Below, piece after piece: positions 46,190 through 56,134 of a stretch of DNA of 64,000 nucleotides. The notes under the pieces are model-generated. The model was not told the origin of the DNA, did not search any database, and saw only the letters and a list, made by a program, of their open reading frames with translations. The position numbers and the translations under genes are program-made. The stretch's first letter is position 1; each line of letters opens with the position of its first letter. The DNA is from an uncultured Gammaproteobacteria bacterium (GTDB lineage: Bacteria > Patescibacteriota > Patescibacteriia > Magasanikbacterales > JBBTQS01), in contig CAZVIA010000003.1 in assembly GCA_964627525.1 (NCBI GenBank), positions 21,367 to 85,366 on the forward strand, read 5' to 3'.

Positions 46190-46978
46190 ATGAATGAGTA
46201 CGAATGGGGGAAAATCGTATTAATTTTTGTTTTAGGTGCGAGTATTGGAAGTTTTTTGCATGCAATGGTTTGGAGAATTCAAAACAATTTTCCAATTATT
46301 TTGTCGCGTTCGCGTTGTGAAAAATGTGGTGTAGAATTAAAATGGTATGAATTAATTCCTTTGATAAGTTATTGGATTTGCCGTGCAAAATGTGCAAAGT
46401 GTAAACAAAAATTAAGTATCTCGTTGTTTTTGGTTGAGGTAGTAACTGGTTTAGTTTTTGTTGGTTTGTATTATCATCATTTTTATAATTTAGGATGTGT
46501 AGATTTTAGAGAAATGTGTGGAACAGCTTTTTGGTTACAGCTGTTTTTCTTTTGCGGATTATTTGCTTTATTTTTGTCTGACTTGTGGTATCAAACTTTG
46601 CCAGATTCGCTAACAATAACTTTGATTGCAATTTTATTATTATTAAATTTGTTTGCACATATAAATCCTTTGGGAGAAGTATTGATTGGCGCAGCAATTG
46701 GAGGTGGTGTGTTTTTGTTTCAATGGTTGATTAGTAAAGGAAAGTGGATTGGTTCAGGAGATATAATTTTGGGAGTAATTTTAGGTTTGTTATTAGGTAT
46801 AAAAGTTATTGGAGCAATTGCAGCTGCTTATATTTTTGGCGCGATCGTAGCAATTTTCTTGTTAGTTTTCGGGAAAAAGAAAAAAGGGGACACAATGCCA
46901 TTGGGAGTGTTTTTAACTTTTTTTGGTCTTGTGTTTTTTATGTTTGGTGATAGGATTGTTGAGTGGTTTATTAAGTAG
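46190..46978 (+). CDS. pilD: prepilin peptidase PilD
   Basis: N-terminal CxxC...CxxC zinc motif and the polytopic A24 peptidase pattern. Confidence 0.75.
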   Translation: MNEYEWGKIVLIFVLGASIGSFLHAMVWRIQNNFPIILSRSRCEKCGVELKWYELIPLISYWICRAKCAKCKQKLSISLFLVEVVTGLVFVGLYYHHFYNLGCVDFREMCGTAFWLQLFFFCGLFALFLSDLWYQTLPDSLTITLIAILLLLNLFAHINPLGEVLIGAAIGGGVFLFQWLISKGKWIGSGDIILGVILGLLLGIKVIGAIAAAYIFGAIVAIFLLVFGKKKKGDTMPLGVFLTFFGLVFFMFGDRIVEWFIK

Positions 46979-48976
46979 TTGGTTTTATACAATATGAATA
47001 AACATCAAGCTAAAAAAAGAGCTGAAAAGTTGAAACAAACAATAGATGATTTGCGATACCGTTATCATGTTCTTGATGATCCAACAGTTACAGATGAAGT
47101 TTATGATTCTTTAACGCGCGAGTTGCGTGAAATTGAAAAAGATTTTCCAGAGTTAGTAACAAATGATTCTCCAACACAAAGAATTGGTGGTTTGCCTTTG
47201 GAAAAGTTTCAAAAAATAAAACACACTGTTACGCAGTGGTCTTTTAATGATGCTTTTTCAGAAAAAGAAGTTGAGGATTGGGAAGTGCGCATTAAAAAAA
47301 TGTTAGCAAAAAAACTTGGGCATGAAGTTCACGACATGACTTATGTTTGTGAATTAAAAATTGATGGTTTGCATGTTGTTTTGACTTATGAAAAAGGTTT
47401 GTTAAAAACCGCTGCAACTCGTGGTGATGGAAAAGTTGGTGAAAATGTTACTAGCAATATAAAAACAATTCAAAGTATTCCTTTGCGCTTGCGTGAACCA
47501 TTAAATTTAGTTGTTGAAGGTGAAATTTGGTTAAGTGAAAAAGAATTAAAACGTATAAACAAGCAACGTGAAAAAGATGGGATTGCGGTTTTTGCAAATC
47601 CTCGCAATGCAGCAGCTGGGACAATTCGTCAGCTAGATCCAAAAATTGCAGCTTCCCGCAAATTAGATGCATTTTTATATGATATTTCTGGTGGCGATCA
47701 AAGGGTTTTACCAAAAACTCAAGTTCAAGAATTAGAATTATTAGATAAATTGGGTTGTAAGGTTAATAAGTTATGGAAAGAGTGTGGAAAAATTAGTCAG
47801 GTTTTAGATTTTTGGAAAAAATGGGAGCCACAACGAAATTCTAAGGATTTTTGGATTGATGGAGTTGTGGTTAAGGTTAATCAAAGAAAATATCAAGAAG
47901 CACTTGGTTACACTGGAAAAGCTCCGCGCTGGGCTTTGGCAATTAAGTTTGCAGCAGAAAAAGCAACAACTGTTTTGCGTGAAGTGCATTGGCAAGTTGG
48001 GCGCACGGGTGCAATTACTCCTGTTGCTACTTTTGAGCCGGTTTTGGTTGCTGGTTCAACTGTTACTCATGCAAGTTTGCATAATGAAGATCAAGTTGAG
48101 CGTCTTGGTGTTAAAGTCGGAGACACTGTTGTAATTGAAAAAGCTGGGGATATTATTCCAAAAGTAATTCAGGTTTTGCCAAAAATGCGCACAGGAAAAG
48201 AAAAGAAAATTATTTCACCAACTAAATGTCCGATTTGTGATTCAGATGTTATGCGTCGTAAAGGTGAAGTTGCAATAGTTTGTACAAATAAAAAATGTTT
48301 TGCACAACAAAAACGTCAGTTAATTCATTTTGCTGGGAAAAAAGGTTTTGATATTGAAGGTCTTGGTAAAAAAATTGTTGAGCAATTAATTATTCAAGGT
48401 TTAGTTTCTGAACCAGCAGATTTTTTTAAATTAACAAAAGGGGATTTAGAGCCTTTGGAAAGATTTGCAGAAAAATCAGCTGAAAATTTGGTTGATGCTA
48501 CTAAAGCAAAAAAACAAATTCCAATGTGGAAGTTTATAAATGCTTTGGGAATTCGTTTTGTTGGTGAAGGTGTTGCGCAGTTGTTGGCAGATAATTTTTC
48601 AGGTATAGAAAAAATGAAAAAAGCCGAAGCAGGGGATTTTGAGAAAATTGATGGCATTGGAGAGAAAGCGGCACAGGCTTTAGAAAGTTTTTTTCAAGAA
48701 AATAAAATTTTAGATAATTTGTTAGATGTTGGTGTAATGCCAATTTCAGAACACACTAGCGGGAAGTTTAAGGGAAAGGTTTTTGTTTTTACAGGAAGTT
48801 TGCAAAATATGAGTCGTGATGATGCAAAAGAACTAGTTCATGATCAGGGTGGAACAGTTTCAAATACTTTAAGTAAAAAAACTCATTATTTGGTTGTTGG
48901 TGAAAATCCTGGATCTAAATTAAAAAAAGCCAAAGCTCTCGGCATAAAAATTATAAACGAAAAGGACCTTAGGTAG
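46979..48976 (+). CDS. ligA: NAD-dependent DNA ligase
   Basis: KxDG adenylation motif (CELKIDGLHV), a Cys4 zinc finger, HhH motifs and a C-terminal BRCT domain. An alternative start at 46994 is possible. Confidence 0.9.
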   Translation: MVLYNMNKHQAKKRAEKLKQTIDDLRYRYHVLDDPTVTDEVYDSLTRELREIEKDFPELVTNDSPTQRIGGLPLEKFQKIKHTVTQWSFNDAFSEKEVEDWEVRIKKMLAKKLGHEVHDMTYVCELKIDGLHVVLTYEKGLLKTAATRGDGKVGENVTSNIKTIQSIPLRLREPLNLVVEGEIWLSEKELKRINKQREKDGIAVFANPRNAAAGTIRQLDPKIAASRKLDAFLYDISGGDQRVLPKTQVQELELLDKLGCKVNKLWKECGKISQVLDFWKKWEPQRNSKDFWIDGVVVKVNQRKYQEALGYTGKAPRWALAIKFAAEKATTVLREVHWQVGRTGAITPVATFEPVLVAGSTVTHASLHNEDQVERLGVKVGDTVVIEKAGDIIPKVIQVLPKMRTGKEKKIISPTKCPICDSDVMRRKGEVAIVCTNKKCFAQQKRQLIHFAGKKGFDIEGLGKKIVEQLIIQGLVSEPADFFKLTKGDLEPLERFAEKSAENLVDATKAKKQIPMWKFINALGIRFVGEGVAQLLADNFSGIEKMKKAEAGDFEKIDGIGEKAAQALESFFQENKILDNLLDVGVMPISEHTSGKFKGKVFVFTGSLQNMSRDDAKELVHDQGGTVSNTLSKKTHYLVVGENPGSKLKKAKALGIKIINEKDLR

Positions 48977-48993
48977 TTAAACTTAAGATCCTC

Positions 48994-49281
48994 TTAGTCA
49001 TCATTGCCCCAATCTGCGTCAGAAATCTCGGCTTCATTAAAGGCAAGAGTAGCAGCGACTAGGAATGTCGTGTCTTCAGAAAGGTCACGATCAACCACAT
49101 TATCAGGACTATCCTGACACAAAGTCCATTTTTTCGTGAATCGACCGTCTGGTGGGTAAATTTGAAGACTGGGCATGTCAACGCAAGTCCAATAACCGCG
49201 TTGTCCTTTTTCTCCAAATTCGGGTTTTACCCAGTAAAACTCAAAACCATTGACGTGTTTCTTTTTTATGTTGTCCCCCAA
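48994..49281 (-). CDS. hypothetical protein of 95 aa, GC-richer
   Basis: Clean ORF; composition is unlike its neighbours. Confidence 0.35.
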   Translation of the reverse strand: MGDNIKKKHVNGFEFYWVKPEFGEKGQRGYWTCVDMPSLQIYPPDGRFTKKWTLCQDSPDNVVDRDLSEDTTFLVAATLAFNEAEISDADWGNDD

Positions 49282-49349
49282 AAGTCACCCCCACTTATGG
49301 TTGAGTTAACACCTTAACATATATGCTAAAAAAATGCTATAGTGGGTCT

Positions 49350-49640
49350 ATGAAATTGGAAAAAACAGAAATTGAGCGTATTGCAGGGTTAGCTTGCTTG
49401 AAATTAAGTTCAGAAGAGGTGGAAAAGTTTCAACAACAGCTTTCTGCGGTTTTAGAGTACATGGAAGTGCTAAATGAGGTGGATACTTCGCAAATTGAGA
49501 TTACTGCACAGGTGACTGGTCTGGAAGATGTGCTGCGCACTGATGTTATTCAGGATTGTCCAGAATCACAAAAACGAAAAATCATTGAACAATTTCCTTT
49601 TGAGCAAAAAGATGCATTAGAGGTGCCAAAGATTTTGTGA
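49350..49640 (+). CDS. gatC: Asp/Glu-tRNA amidotransferase subunit C
   Basis: IERIAGLACLKLSSEEVEKFQQQL...DTSQIE pattern; located immediately upstream of gatA. Confidence 0.8.
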   Translation: MKLEKTEIERIAGLACLKLSSEEVEKFQQQLSAVLEYMEVLNEVDTSQIEITAQVTGLEDVLRTDVIQDCPESQKRKIIEQFPFEQKDALEVPKIL

Positions 49641-49655
49641 TGGTTTAGAAATTTT

Positions 49656-51101
49656 ATGACGATTCCAGATTTTAGAAAAAAATTAGATAGCAAAGAAATT
49701 AGCTCTGTTGAATTAACAAAGCAATATCTTGAGACCACAAAAAAATTAAATCCAGATATTAATGCTTTTATTACAATTTCTGAAGAAACTGCTTTGTCTC
49801 ATGCAAAAAAAGCAGATGACATGATTGCTAAAGGTGAGGCAAAAGAGCTCACGGGAATTCCTTATGCAATTAAAGATGTAATTTGCACACAAGAAATTCG
49901 TACAACTGGTGCTGCAAAAATTTTAGATAATTATATACCACCTTATGATGCAACTGTAATTGCACGAATTCAAGATCAGGGTGGGGTTATTATTGGAAAA
50001 CAAAACTGTGATGCGTTTGGTCATGGAGGTTCAAATGAAAATACACATTATGGTTCAGTAAAAAATCCTTGGGACAAAACAAAAATTCCCGGAGGAAGTA
50101 GTGGTGGTTCAGCTGCTGCAATTGCAGCAGACATGTGTGTTTATTCAATTGGTGGAGATACAGGTGGTTCAGTTCGTCAACCAGCTGGGATGTGTGGTGT
50201 AACTGGTTTGCGTGCAAGTTATGGACGAAACTCTCGCTATGGTTTAATGCCAATGGCGTCTTCTTTAGATACAATTGGTCCTTTGGCACAAACAGCTGAA
50301 GAAGTTGCAATGATAATGGATGTGATTGCTGGGCAAGATTTATTAGATGCAACAACAGTTCCTGAACCAGTGCCAAATTATTCTTGGGAAATTAAAAAAC
50401 CTTTGGAGCAGTGTACAATTGGAATTCCTAAAGAATATTTTGAGGAAGATGGAATTGAATCAGATGTTTTAGAAGCAGTGGATAAGGGGATTGAGCAATT
50501 AAAACTAATGGGATGTAAAGTGCGAAATGTTTCTTTGCCACACACAAAATATGCGATCGCAACTTATTATATTATTATTTCATCAGAAGATAGTAGTAAC
50601 TTGGCGCGCTTAGAAGGAATTCGTTATGGTGTTCGCGGGGAAGGTGAGTCTTTGTTTGATGTTTATAAAGATGCGCGCGCAAAAGGTTTTCCAGATGAAG
50701 TAAAGCGAAGAATTATGATTGGAACTTATGCTTTATCTTCTGGATATTATGATGCTTTTTATAAAAAAGCTCAAAAAGTGCGCACTTTGATTAAGCAGGA
50801 TTTTAATGATGTTTTTGAGGATGATGTGGATTTGTTGATTATGCCAACTGCACCAACAACTGCTTTTGGGTTGGGTGAAAAAATTGATGATCCTTTGCAA
50901 ATGTATTTAGCAGATACTTATTGTGTGTCTGCTGGGTTAGCTGGAGTTCCAGGAATTTCTGTGCCATGTGGTTTTGATTCAAAAAAATTGCCAATTGGTA
51001 TGCAGATTATTGGTCAGCGAATGCAAGAATCAAAAGTTATGCAGTTAGCTCATAATTATCAACAACATACAGACTGGCACAAGCAAAAGCCAAAATTATA
51101 A
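49656..51101 (+). CDS. gatA: Asp/Glu-tRNA amidotransferase subunit A
   Basis: Amidase signature GGSSGGSAAAIAA; typical length. Confidence 0.9.
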   Translation: MTIPDFRKKLDSKEISSVELTKQYLETTKKLNPDINAFITISEETALSHAKKADDMIAKGEAKELTGIPYAIKDVICTQEIRTTGAAKILDNYIPPYDATVIARIQDQGGVIIGKQNCDAFGHGGSNENTHYGSVKNPWDKTKIPGGSSGGSAAAIAADMCVYSIGGDTGGSVRQPAGMCGVTGLRASYGRNSRYGLMPMASSLDTIGPLAQTAEEVAMIMDVIAGQDLLDATTVPEPVPNYSWEIKKPLEQCTIGIPKEYFEEDGIESDVLEAVDKGIEQLKLMGCKVRNVSLPHTKYAIATYYIIISSEDSSNLARLEGIRYGVRGEGESLFDVYKDARAKGFPDEVKRRIMIGTYALSSGYYDAFYKKAQKVRTLIKQDFNDVFEDDVDLLIMPTAPTTAFGLGEKIDDPLQMYLADTYCVSAGLAGVPGISVPCGFDSKKLPIGMQIIGQRMQESKVMQLAHNYQQHTDWHKQKPKL

Positions 51102-51124
51102 TTTTTTAAAGTTCAGAATTTTTT

Positions 51125-52501
51125 ATGTCAAAATCCCAACCTCGGTCAAAACCCCAACCTCAGCCAAAATCCCAGCCTAAGAAAAAACTAGATCCATCAA
51201 ATCCATATTCATTTACATATGAACACGCGCAACCAAACTTTCGTGATACTTGGCGAATTTTTAGAATCATGGCAGAGTTTGTGGATGGTTATCAGTTTTT
51301 GGGGTCATTTAATAAAGCTGTAACGGTTTTAGGTTCTTCGCGTTTACCAAAAAACTCTAAATGGTGTAAAGAGGCAGAGAAGTTGGGTCAGCTTTTGGCA
51401 AAAAATAAATTTGCAACAATTACTGGTGGTGGGCCTTCTATAATGGAAAGTGCAAATAAAGGTGCTTTTGAAGCAGGTGGGGAGTCAGCGGGTTTAAATA
51501 TTCAACTGCCTTTTGAGCAACGAATAAATCCTTATGTAAAAAAATCAATTGCGTTTTATTATTTTTTCACGCGTAAGGTAATGATGACTGCGCCGTCGCA
51601 GGCTTTTGTTTTTTTTCCGGGAGGGTATGGAACTTTAGATGAGTTTTTTGAGGTTTTTGATAATATTGAGTTGGGTAAAACAACTAAGACTCCGATTGTT
51701 TTGGTTAGTAAGGAATTTTGGAATCCTGTTTTGGATTTTATGAAAAAACAGTGTGCTGTTGTTGGGGCTGTTAAAGAAAAATCTATAAATGAAATTATTG
51801 TTGTTGATTCTGCAGAAGAAGCAATTAAGTACGTTCGTAAAAGTAAAAGTAAAAAACAGATGTGTGACTTGGATCCATCGGCTTTTTATTGTGGAAAAAA
51901 TGTTAACTGGCGGATTTTTAGAATTATGGCGGAGTTGGTGGATGGTTTTGAGTTTTTGACTAGTATTAAGGATGATGTAACTGTGCTTGGAAGTAGAAGC
52001 ATAGCGCGAGATTCAGATTATTATGAAGTTGCGTATCAATTGGGTAAGAAGTTGGCTAAGAAAAAATTGACTGTGGTTAGTGGTGGGGCAGATGGTGTGA
52101 TGGAGGCAGTTAGTAAAGGTGCGCATGAGTCAGGTGGAAAACCTATTGGAATTACAATGAAGTTTGATGGTCGTCAAAGAATGAATGAGTTTGTGGACAA
52201 AAGCGTTGGTTTTGATTTTCCATTTGTGCGTAAGGTGGTTTTAACTGCGCCGTCAAAATTGTTTGTTGTTTTTCCTGGAGGGTTGGGGACTTTGCATGAG
52301 TTATTTGAGATTTTGACTTTAGAGCAAACTGGAAAAATGGGCAAGGTGCCGATTTTGCTTTATGATTCAAAATATTGGAATCCTTTGGTTGATATTATTA
52401 AAAGTGGTTTAGCTAAGGAGTATAAGACAATTTCTCCAGAAGATGTACAGTTGTTTAAGGTTGTGGATTCTTTGGATGAGGTAATGAAGTTTAAAGCATA
52501 G
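51125..52501 (+). CDS. tandem double LOG-family (TIGR00730 Rossmann-fold) protein
   Basis: Two internal repeats, each carrying WRIFRIMAE(F/L)VDG and PGG(Y/L)GTL(D/H)E(F/L)FE motifs, plus a low-complexity N-terminal tail. Confidence 0.75.
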   Translation: MSKSQPRSKPQPQPKSQPKKKLDPSNPYSFTYEHAQPNFRDTWRIFRIMAEFVDGYQFLGSFNKAVTVLGSSRLPKNSKWCKEAEKLGQLLAKNKFATITGGGPSIMESANKGAFEAGGESAGLNIQLPFEQRINPYVKKSIAFYYFFTRKVMMTAPSQAFVFFPGGYGTLDEFFEVFDNIELGKTTKTPIVLVSKEFWNPVLDFMKKQCAVVGAVKEKSINEIIVVDSAEEAIKYVRKSKSKKQMCDLDPSAFYCGKNVNWRIFRIMAELVDGFEFLTSIKDDVTVLGSRSIARDSDYYEVAYQLGKKLAKKKLTVVSGGADGVMEAVSKGAHESGGKPIGITMKFDGRQRMNEFVDKSVGFDFPFVRKVVLTAPSKLFVVFPGGLGTLHELFEILTLEQTGKMGKVPILLYDSKYWNPLVDIIKSGLAKEYKTISPEDVQLFKVVDSLDEVMKFKA

Positions 52502-52533
52502 TTTTTATTTTGTGAGGCATAATTTGTAAAGCC

Positions 52534-53397
52534 ATGATTCCTTATTTTGAGTTAACAAGTTTTAATTTAGGTCCTATTTTTGGACTAGGTCCAATCCCCA
52601 TACAAGTGTGGGGATTGTGTGTTGCTATTGGGGTTTTGGTTGGGTTGTGGATTGGTGGTCGCAAATTTCAGTTTATTTTTGGGGTTGATAAAGGATTTTC
52701 AAAAGAGGTTTTTTGGAATATCGGATTTTGGTTAGTGATTGCTGGGTTTGTTGGTGCAAGGTTGGGTCATGTTTTTTTATATGAGCCTGGGTTTTATTTG
52801 GGGGATTGGGTGGAAATTTTTAAAGTTTGGAAAGGTGGTTGGTCTTCAGTTGGCGGTTTTGTTGGGGCTGTGGTTTTTGTGGTTTGGTATTTGCGTTTTT
52901 TAAATATTAAAGCTGTTAAGAGTAAAGGCAAAAAAATTAATTTGTGGAAATTTGCTGATGCAGTTGCTTTTGGTTTGCCAATTGGTTGGGGGATTGGAAG
53001 GCTTGGGTGTTTTTTTATTCATGATCATTTGGGCAAGGTGACGGATTTTTTCTTGGGCATTACTGGAGCTGATGGGGTTGTAAGGCATGATTTGGGTTTA
53101 TATGATGCTTTGCTAGGATTTGGAATTGGAGTTGTGGTTTTTGTTTTGAGTTGGATTTTTTCGCAGAGACAAAACTTTTTGTGGGGTAAGCACAAGGTTT
53201 TTGATGGATTTTTTATTTTATTAGTGGGATTTTTATATGCAGTGCCAAGATTTTTTTTGGATTTTTTAAGAGTGGAAGATTTGGCAGGAGCAGATGCTCG
53301 ATATTTGGGACTGACTCCAGCGCAATATGTGATGATTGGAATAGTTGTGTTGGTTGGCTGGGTTTGGTATAAAAAAGTAAAGGTAAAATCAGCTTGA
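52534..53397 (+). CDS. lgt: prolipoprotein diacylglyceryl transferase
   Basis: GARLGHVFLYEP and WKGGWSSVGG motifs with a polytopic topology. Confidence 0.8.
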   Translation: MIPYFELTSFNLGPIFGLGPIPIQVWGLCVAIGVLVGLWIGGRKFQFIFGVDKGFSKEVFWNIGFWLVIAGFVGARLGHVFLYEPGFYLGDWVEIFKVWKGGWSSVGGFVGAVVFVVWYLRFLNIKAVKSKGKKINLWKFADAVAFGLPIGWGIGRLGCFFIHDHLGKVTDFFLGITGADGVVRHDLGLYDALLGFGIGVVVFVLSWIFSQRQNFLWGKHKVFDGFFILLVGFLYAVPRFFLDFLRVEDLAGADARYLGLTPAQYVMIGIVVLVGWVWYKKVKVKSA

Positions 53398-53416
53398 TAG
53401 TTGGAGGGTTTAAATA

Positions 53417-53501
53417 GGAGAGATGGCTGAGTGGTTTAAAGCGCACGCTTGGAAAGTGTGTTGGGCGCAAGTCCACGCAGGTTCGAATCCTGTTCTCTCC
53501 G
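53417..53501 (+). tRNA. tRNA-Ser (anticodon GGA)
   Basis: Class II tRNA with a long variable arm; anticodon loop TTGGAAA; T-arm GGTTCGAATCC; acceptor GGAGAGA/TCTCTCC. Confidence 0.85.
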
Positions 53502-53577
53502 CAAGTTTTATTTTTATCTTAAGTAGTGGAATTTGAAGCAAAAATAGTTTAAATAATCATTAATTAAACAAAAAATT

Positions 53578-53976
53578 ATGAAGGGATTTAATGCAAATAT
53601 AGAAAAAGACACTTTGGAAAATAATAATTTTCGTAAAGTGCTCTACACTGGTAAGGGAAGTCAACTTGTCCTTATGAGTCTGAAGCCTGGCGAAGAGATT
53701 GGTCTTGAGGTGCATGATGAAAACGATCAGTTTTTTCGCATAGAGGCAGGGCGAGGTGTGTGCGCTATCGATGGAAATGAATATGAGATCAAAGATGGTT
53801 CGGCTATTGTTGTGCCTATGGGTGCAGAACATAATGTTACTAACACCAGTGAAACAGAAGATCTTAAGCTTTATACTATTTACTCACCACCCCATCATAA
53901 GGATGGTATAGTTCGTGCTACCAAAGAAGAAGCTGAAGCTAATGAAGCAGATTTTGATGGTGTGGCGAGCGAGTAG
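53578..53976 (+). CDS. cupin-domain protein
   Basis: Conserved barrel motifs G.E...H.H...F and GAEHNV. Confidence 0.6.
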   Translation: MKGFNANIEKDTLENNNFRKVLYTGKGSQLVLMSLKPGEEIGLEVHDENDQFFRIEAGRGVCAIDGNEYEIKDGSAIVVPMGAEHNVTNTSETEDLKLYTIYSPPHHKDGIVRATKEEAEANEADFDGVASE

Positions 53977-54117
53977 TTTCTATTATTAAAAATTTAGAAA
54001 TTCTCCTAAATAAAATTGATCAGGCTCCCGAAGAAGAAATAGTAGAATAACATCAGAAAATATGTTATTTTAAAAATAGTATTTTGTAAAAAATATACGC
54101 AAAATTAAAACACTTTT

Positions 54118-54573
54118 ATGAAAGATAAAATTTTGGATTTTTTAAAGAGTCAGCAAATAATGACTCTATCCACAGTAAACACAAAGCACCATCCTCAAAG
54201 TAGGCCTATTTTTTATGTGATGGGTGAGGGATTTGATATATATTTTGTCACTCATAGTAATTCAAGAAAAGTTGAAGATATAAAAACTAATAGTGCAGTT
54301 AGTGTCTCTGTGTGGAAGCATGATAAAATGTCGCTTCAAATAGAGGGAAAAGCCGAGTTGATTTCTGATAAAAAAATTATTTCAGATATGTTAGACAAAC
54401 TTGCACAAGTACCAATAGAAGAATCTTCAAGTTTGCATCCTCCTATTTTAAGAGTAAGTCAGGATTCAGATTATGGTGTGTTTAAAATAAAAACTAACGA
54501 GGTTAGGCATTTGGATTTATCAAATGCAAATGTTCAAGAGTCTAAATCAGCAATAGAAATAATTAAACTTTAA
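54118..54573 (+). CDS. pyridoxamine-5'-phosphate-oxidase-like FMN-binding split-barrel protein
   Basis: Length and MTLSTVN...PQSRPIFYV pattern. Confidence 0.45.
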   Translation: MKDKILDFLKSQQIMTLSTVNTKHHPQSRPIFYVMGEGFDIYFVTHSNSRKVEDIKTNSAVSVSVWKHDKMSLQIEGKAELISDKKIISDMLDKLAQVPIEESSSLHPPILRVSQDSDYGVFKIKTNEVRHLDLSNANVQESKSAIEIIKL

Positions 54574-54577
54574 ATAT

Positions 54578-54958
54578 ATGTTAAAAAAAGTTTTATTAGT
54601 AGAAGATGACGCTTTTCTCATTAGATTTTATAAAGCAAAATTAGAGCAAAAGAAATTTCAAACAGTTTCTGTTGAAGATGGTGGTCTTGCAAATCAAACA
54701 GCAAAAGAAGAACAACCAGATGTAATTGTTTTGGATGTGATGTTGCCAAATAAAAATGGTTTTGAAATTTTGAAAGATCTTAAAAAAGATTCTGCAACTG
54801 AGAAAATTCCTGTTATTGTTTTTACAAAATTATCACAAGAGTCAGACAAAAAAGAGTTAACAAGATTGGGTTGCCAAGCTTACATGGTTAAAACCGAACA
54901 CAAATTAGATGATTTGATTCTTGAAATTGAAAAAATAACAATGGGTGGCAAAGCCTAA
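54578..54958 (+). CDS. single-domain response regulator (CheY-like receiver)
   Basis: LLVEDD, VIVLDVMLP and a conserved K; a full receiver. Confidence 0.8.
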   Translation: MLKKVLLVEDDAFLIRFYKAKLEQKKFQTVSVEDGGLANQTAKEEQPDVIVLDVMLPNKNGFEILKDLKKDSATEKIPVIVFTKLSQESDKKELTRLGCQAYMVKTEHKLDDLILEIEKITMGGKA

Positions 54959-54959
54959 A

Positions 54960-55420
54960 AAAATAAAAAAAGAGCCAGACATTACGGAGTGTTATGCTTC
55001 TACGTTTTGTCTGGCCCCTCTCCAGGGGAGTTGTGTGTTTTGCCTAGATCAAGAGCTTGTCATTGCCCTAACTGTTCACAGTGTCTCTTTCTTTTGCTTT
55101 TCAGACAATTCTACCGAGGTAGAAGGGGAGGGAAAAACCAAGGTAGTTTGCCTCAGGCTGGGAGGAGAAACTTGTTGGTAAACAGCAGCTCTTGCAGGCA
55201 CTCTAGACTAACACATTGTCCTGCGAGGAGCACGCGCCGTCGGCGTACTAGAATATTTCAGTGTCGTTGCAGGGGAGCTAGACACCTTGACACTCTTCAA
55301 TCCCTTTATCCGTTCTTACAGGACTAGATACGCGCGCACACTTCCCCAGCACACACGCATCCACACTTTGGAGCAACATAGTGTGCAGGGACAATTTGCA
55401 AGAAAATTATAAATCTTTTT
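54960..55420. other. GC-rich (above 50%) non-coding island of about 460 bp; candidate large structured RNA or a decayed foreign gene
   Basis: No credible ORF (no SD, junk-like composition) and several strong local hairpins (GCCAGACA...TGTCTGGC; CCCCT-ctcc-AGGGG; ACGCC-gtc-GGCGT). Confidence 0.3.
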
Positions 55421-55483
55421 GAAAGTGTTGTCAAGTCCTAGTTGTGTATAGTATTATATATATAGTAATTAAGAAAAAAATTC

Positions 55484-56134
55484 ATGCGTCACAAAAATAA
55501 ACTAGCCTTACAATGGCTTGGTTTTATCATTATTTTAGTCGTTATTTTTGGCGGCTTAATTTGGTTGGGCCAACCCAAAGATCAAGGAGAAGCAAATTTT
55601 AAGGTAGCCGAAGTAACCGAAGATGAGCATATTAAAGGAGATCCAGATGCTGAAATTACAATTATTGAATATAGTTGTTTTGAGTGTCCTGCTTGTTCAC
55701 GTTTTTATTCAGTTTCAAAAACTATTCTCCAAGAAAATCCAAATGTTAGATTGGTGTACAGAAGTTTTCCGTTAAAAAATACACACATGAATGCATTGCT
55801 TTCTGCTCAAGCAGCTGAAGCAGCATCATTGCAAGGAAAGTTTTGGGAAATGTATGATAAGCTTTTTGAAAACCAAGTTGTTTGGTCAAAAAATTCTAAT
55901 GCTCAAAATGTTTTTATAAAATTTGCTGAAGAATTAGAGCTTGATGTGGAAAAGTTTTCACAAGATTTAAATTCAAAAGAAATAGTAAAAAAGGTTGATC
56001 AAAGTTATCGCGATGCAGTGCGATCAAATATTGAATCAACACCTTCTATTTTCTTAAACAATAAAAAAATTAACACACCAGGTAGTTATGCAGCTTTTAA
56101 TGAAATGCTGGAACAATCTTTGGAACAGAAATAA
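55484..56134 (+). CDS. DsbA-family thiol:disulfide oxidoreductase, membrane-anchored
   Basis: N-terminal TM helix and a CFECPAC thioredoxin-fold active site. Confidence 0.75.
   Translation: MRHKNKLALQWLGFIIILVVIFGGLIWLGQPKDQGEANFKVAEVTEDEHIKGDPDAEITIIEYSCFECPACSRFYSVSKTILQENPNVRLVYRSFPLKNTHMNALLSAQAAEAASLQGKFWEMYDKLFENQVVWSKNSNAQNVFIKFAEELELDVEKFSQDLNSKEIVKKVDQSYRDAVRSNIESTPSIFLNNKKINTPGSYAAFNEMLEQSLEQK

Noticed and set aside
53560-53832. 90-aa minus-strand ORF
   Set aside because: It is antisense to the cupin gene.
54945-55327. ORFs 54945-55181 and 54989-55327 in the GC-rich island
   Set aside because: They have no SD, and their Cys/Arg/Pro-rich products are typical of random translation of GC-rich non-coding DNA. 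The region is better explained as RNA or a decayed gene.
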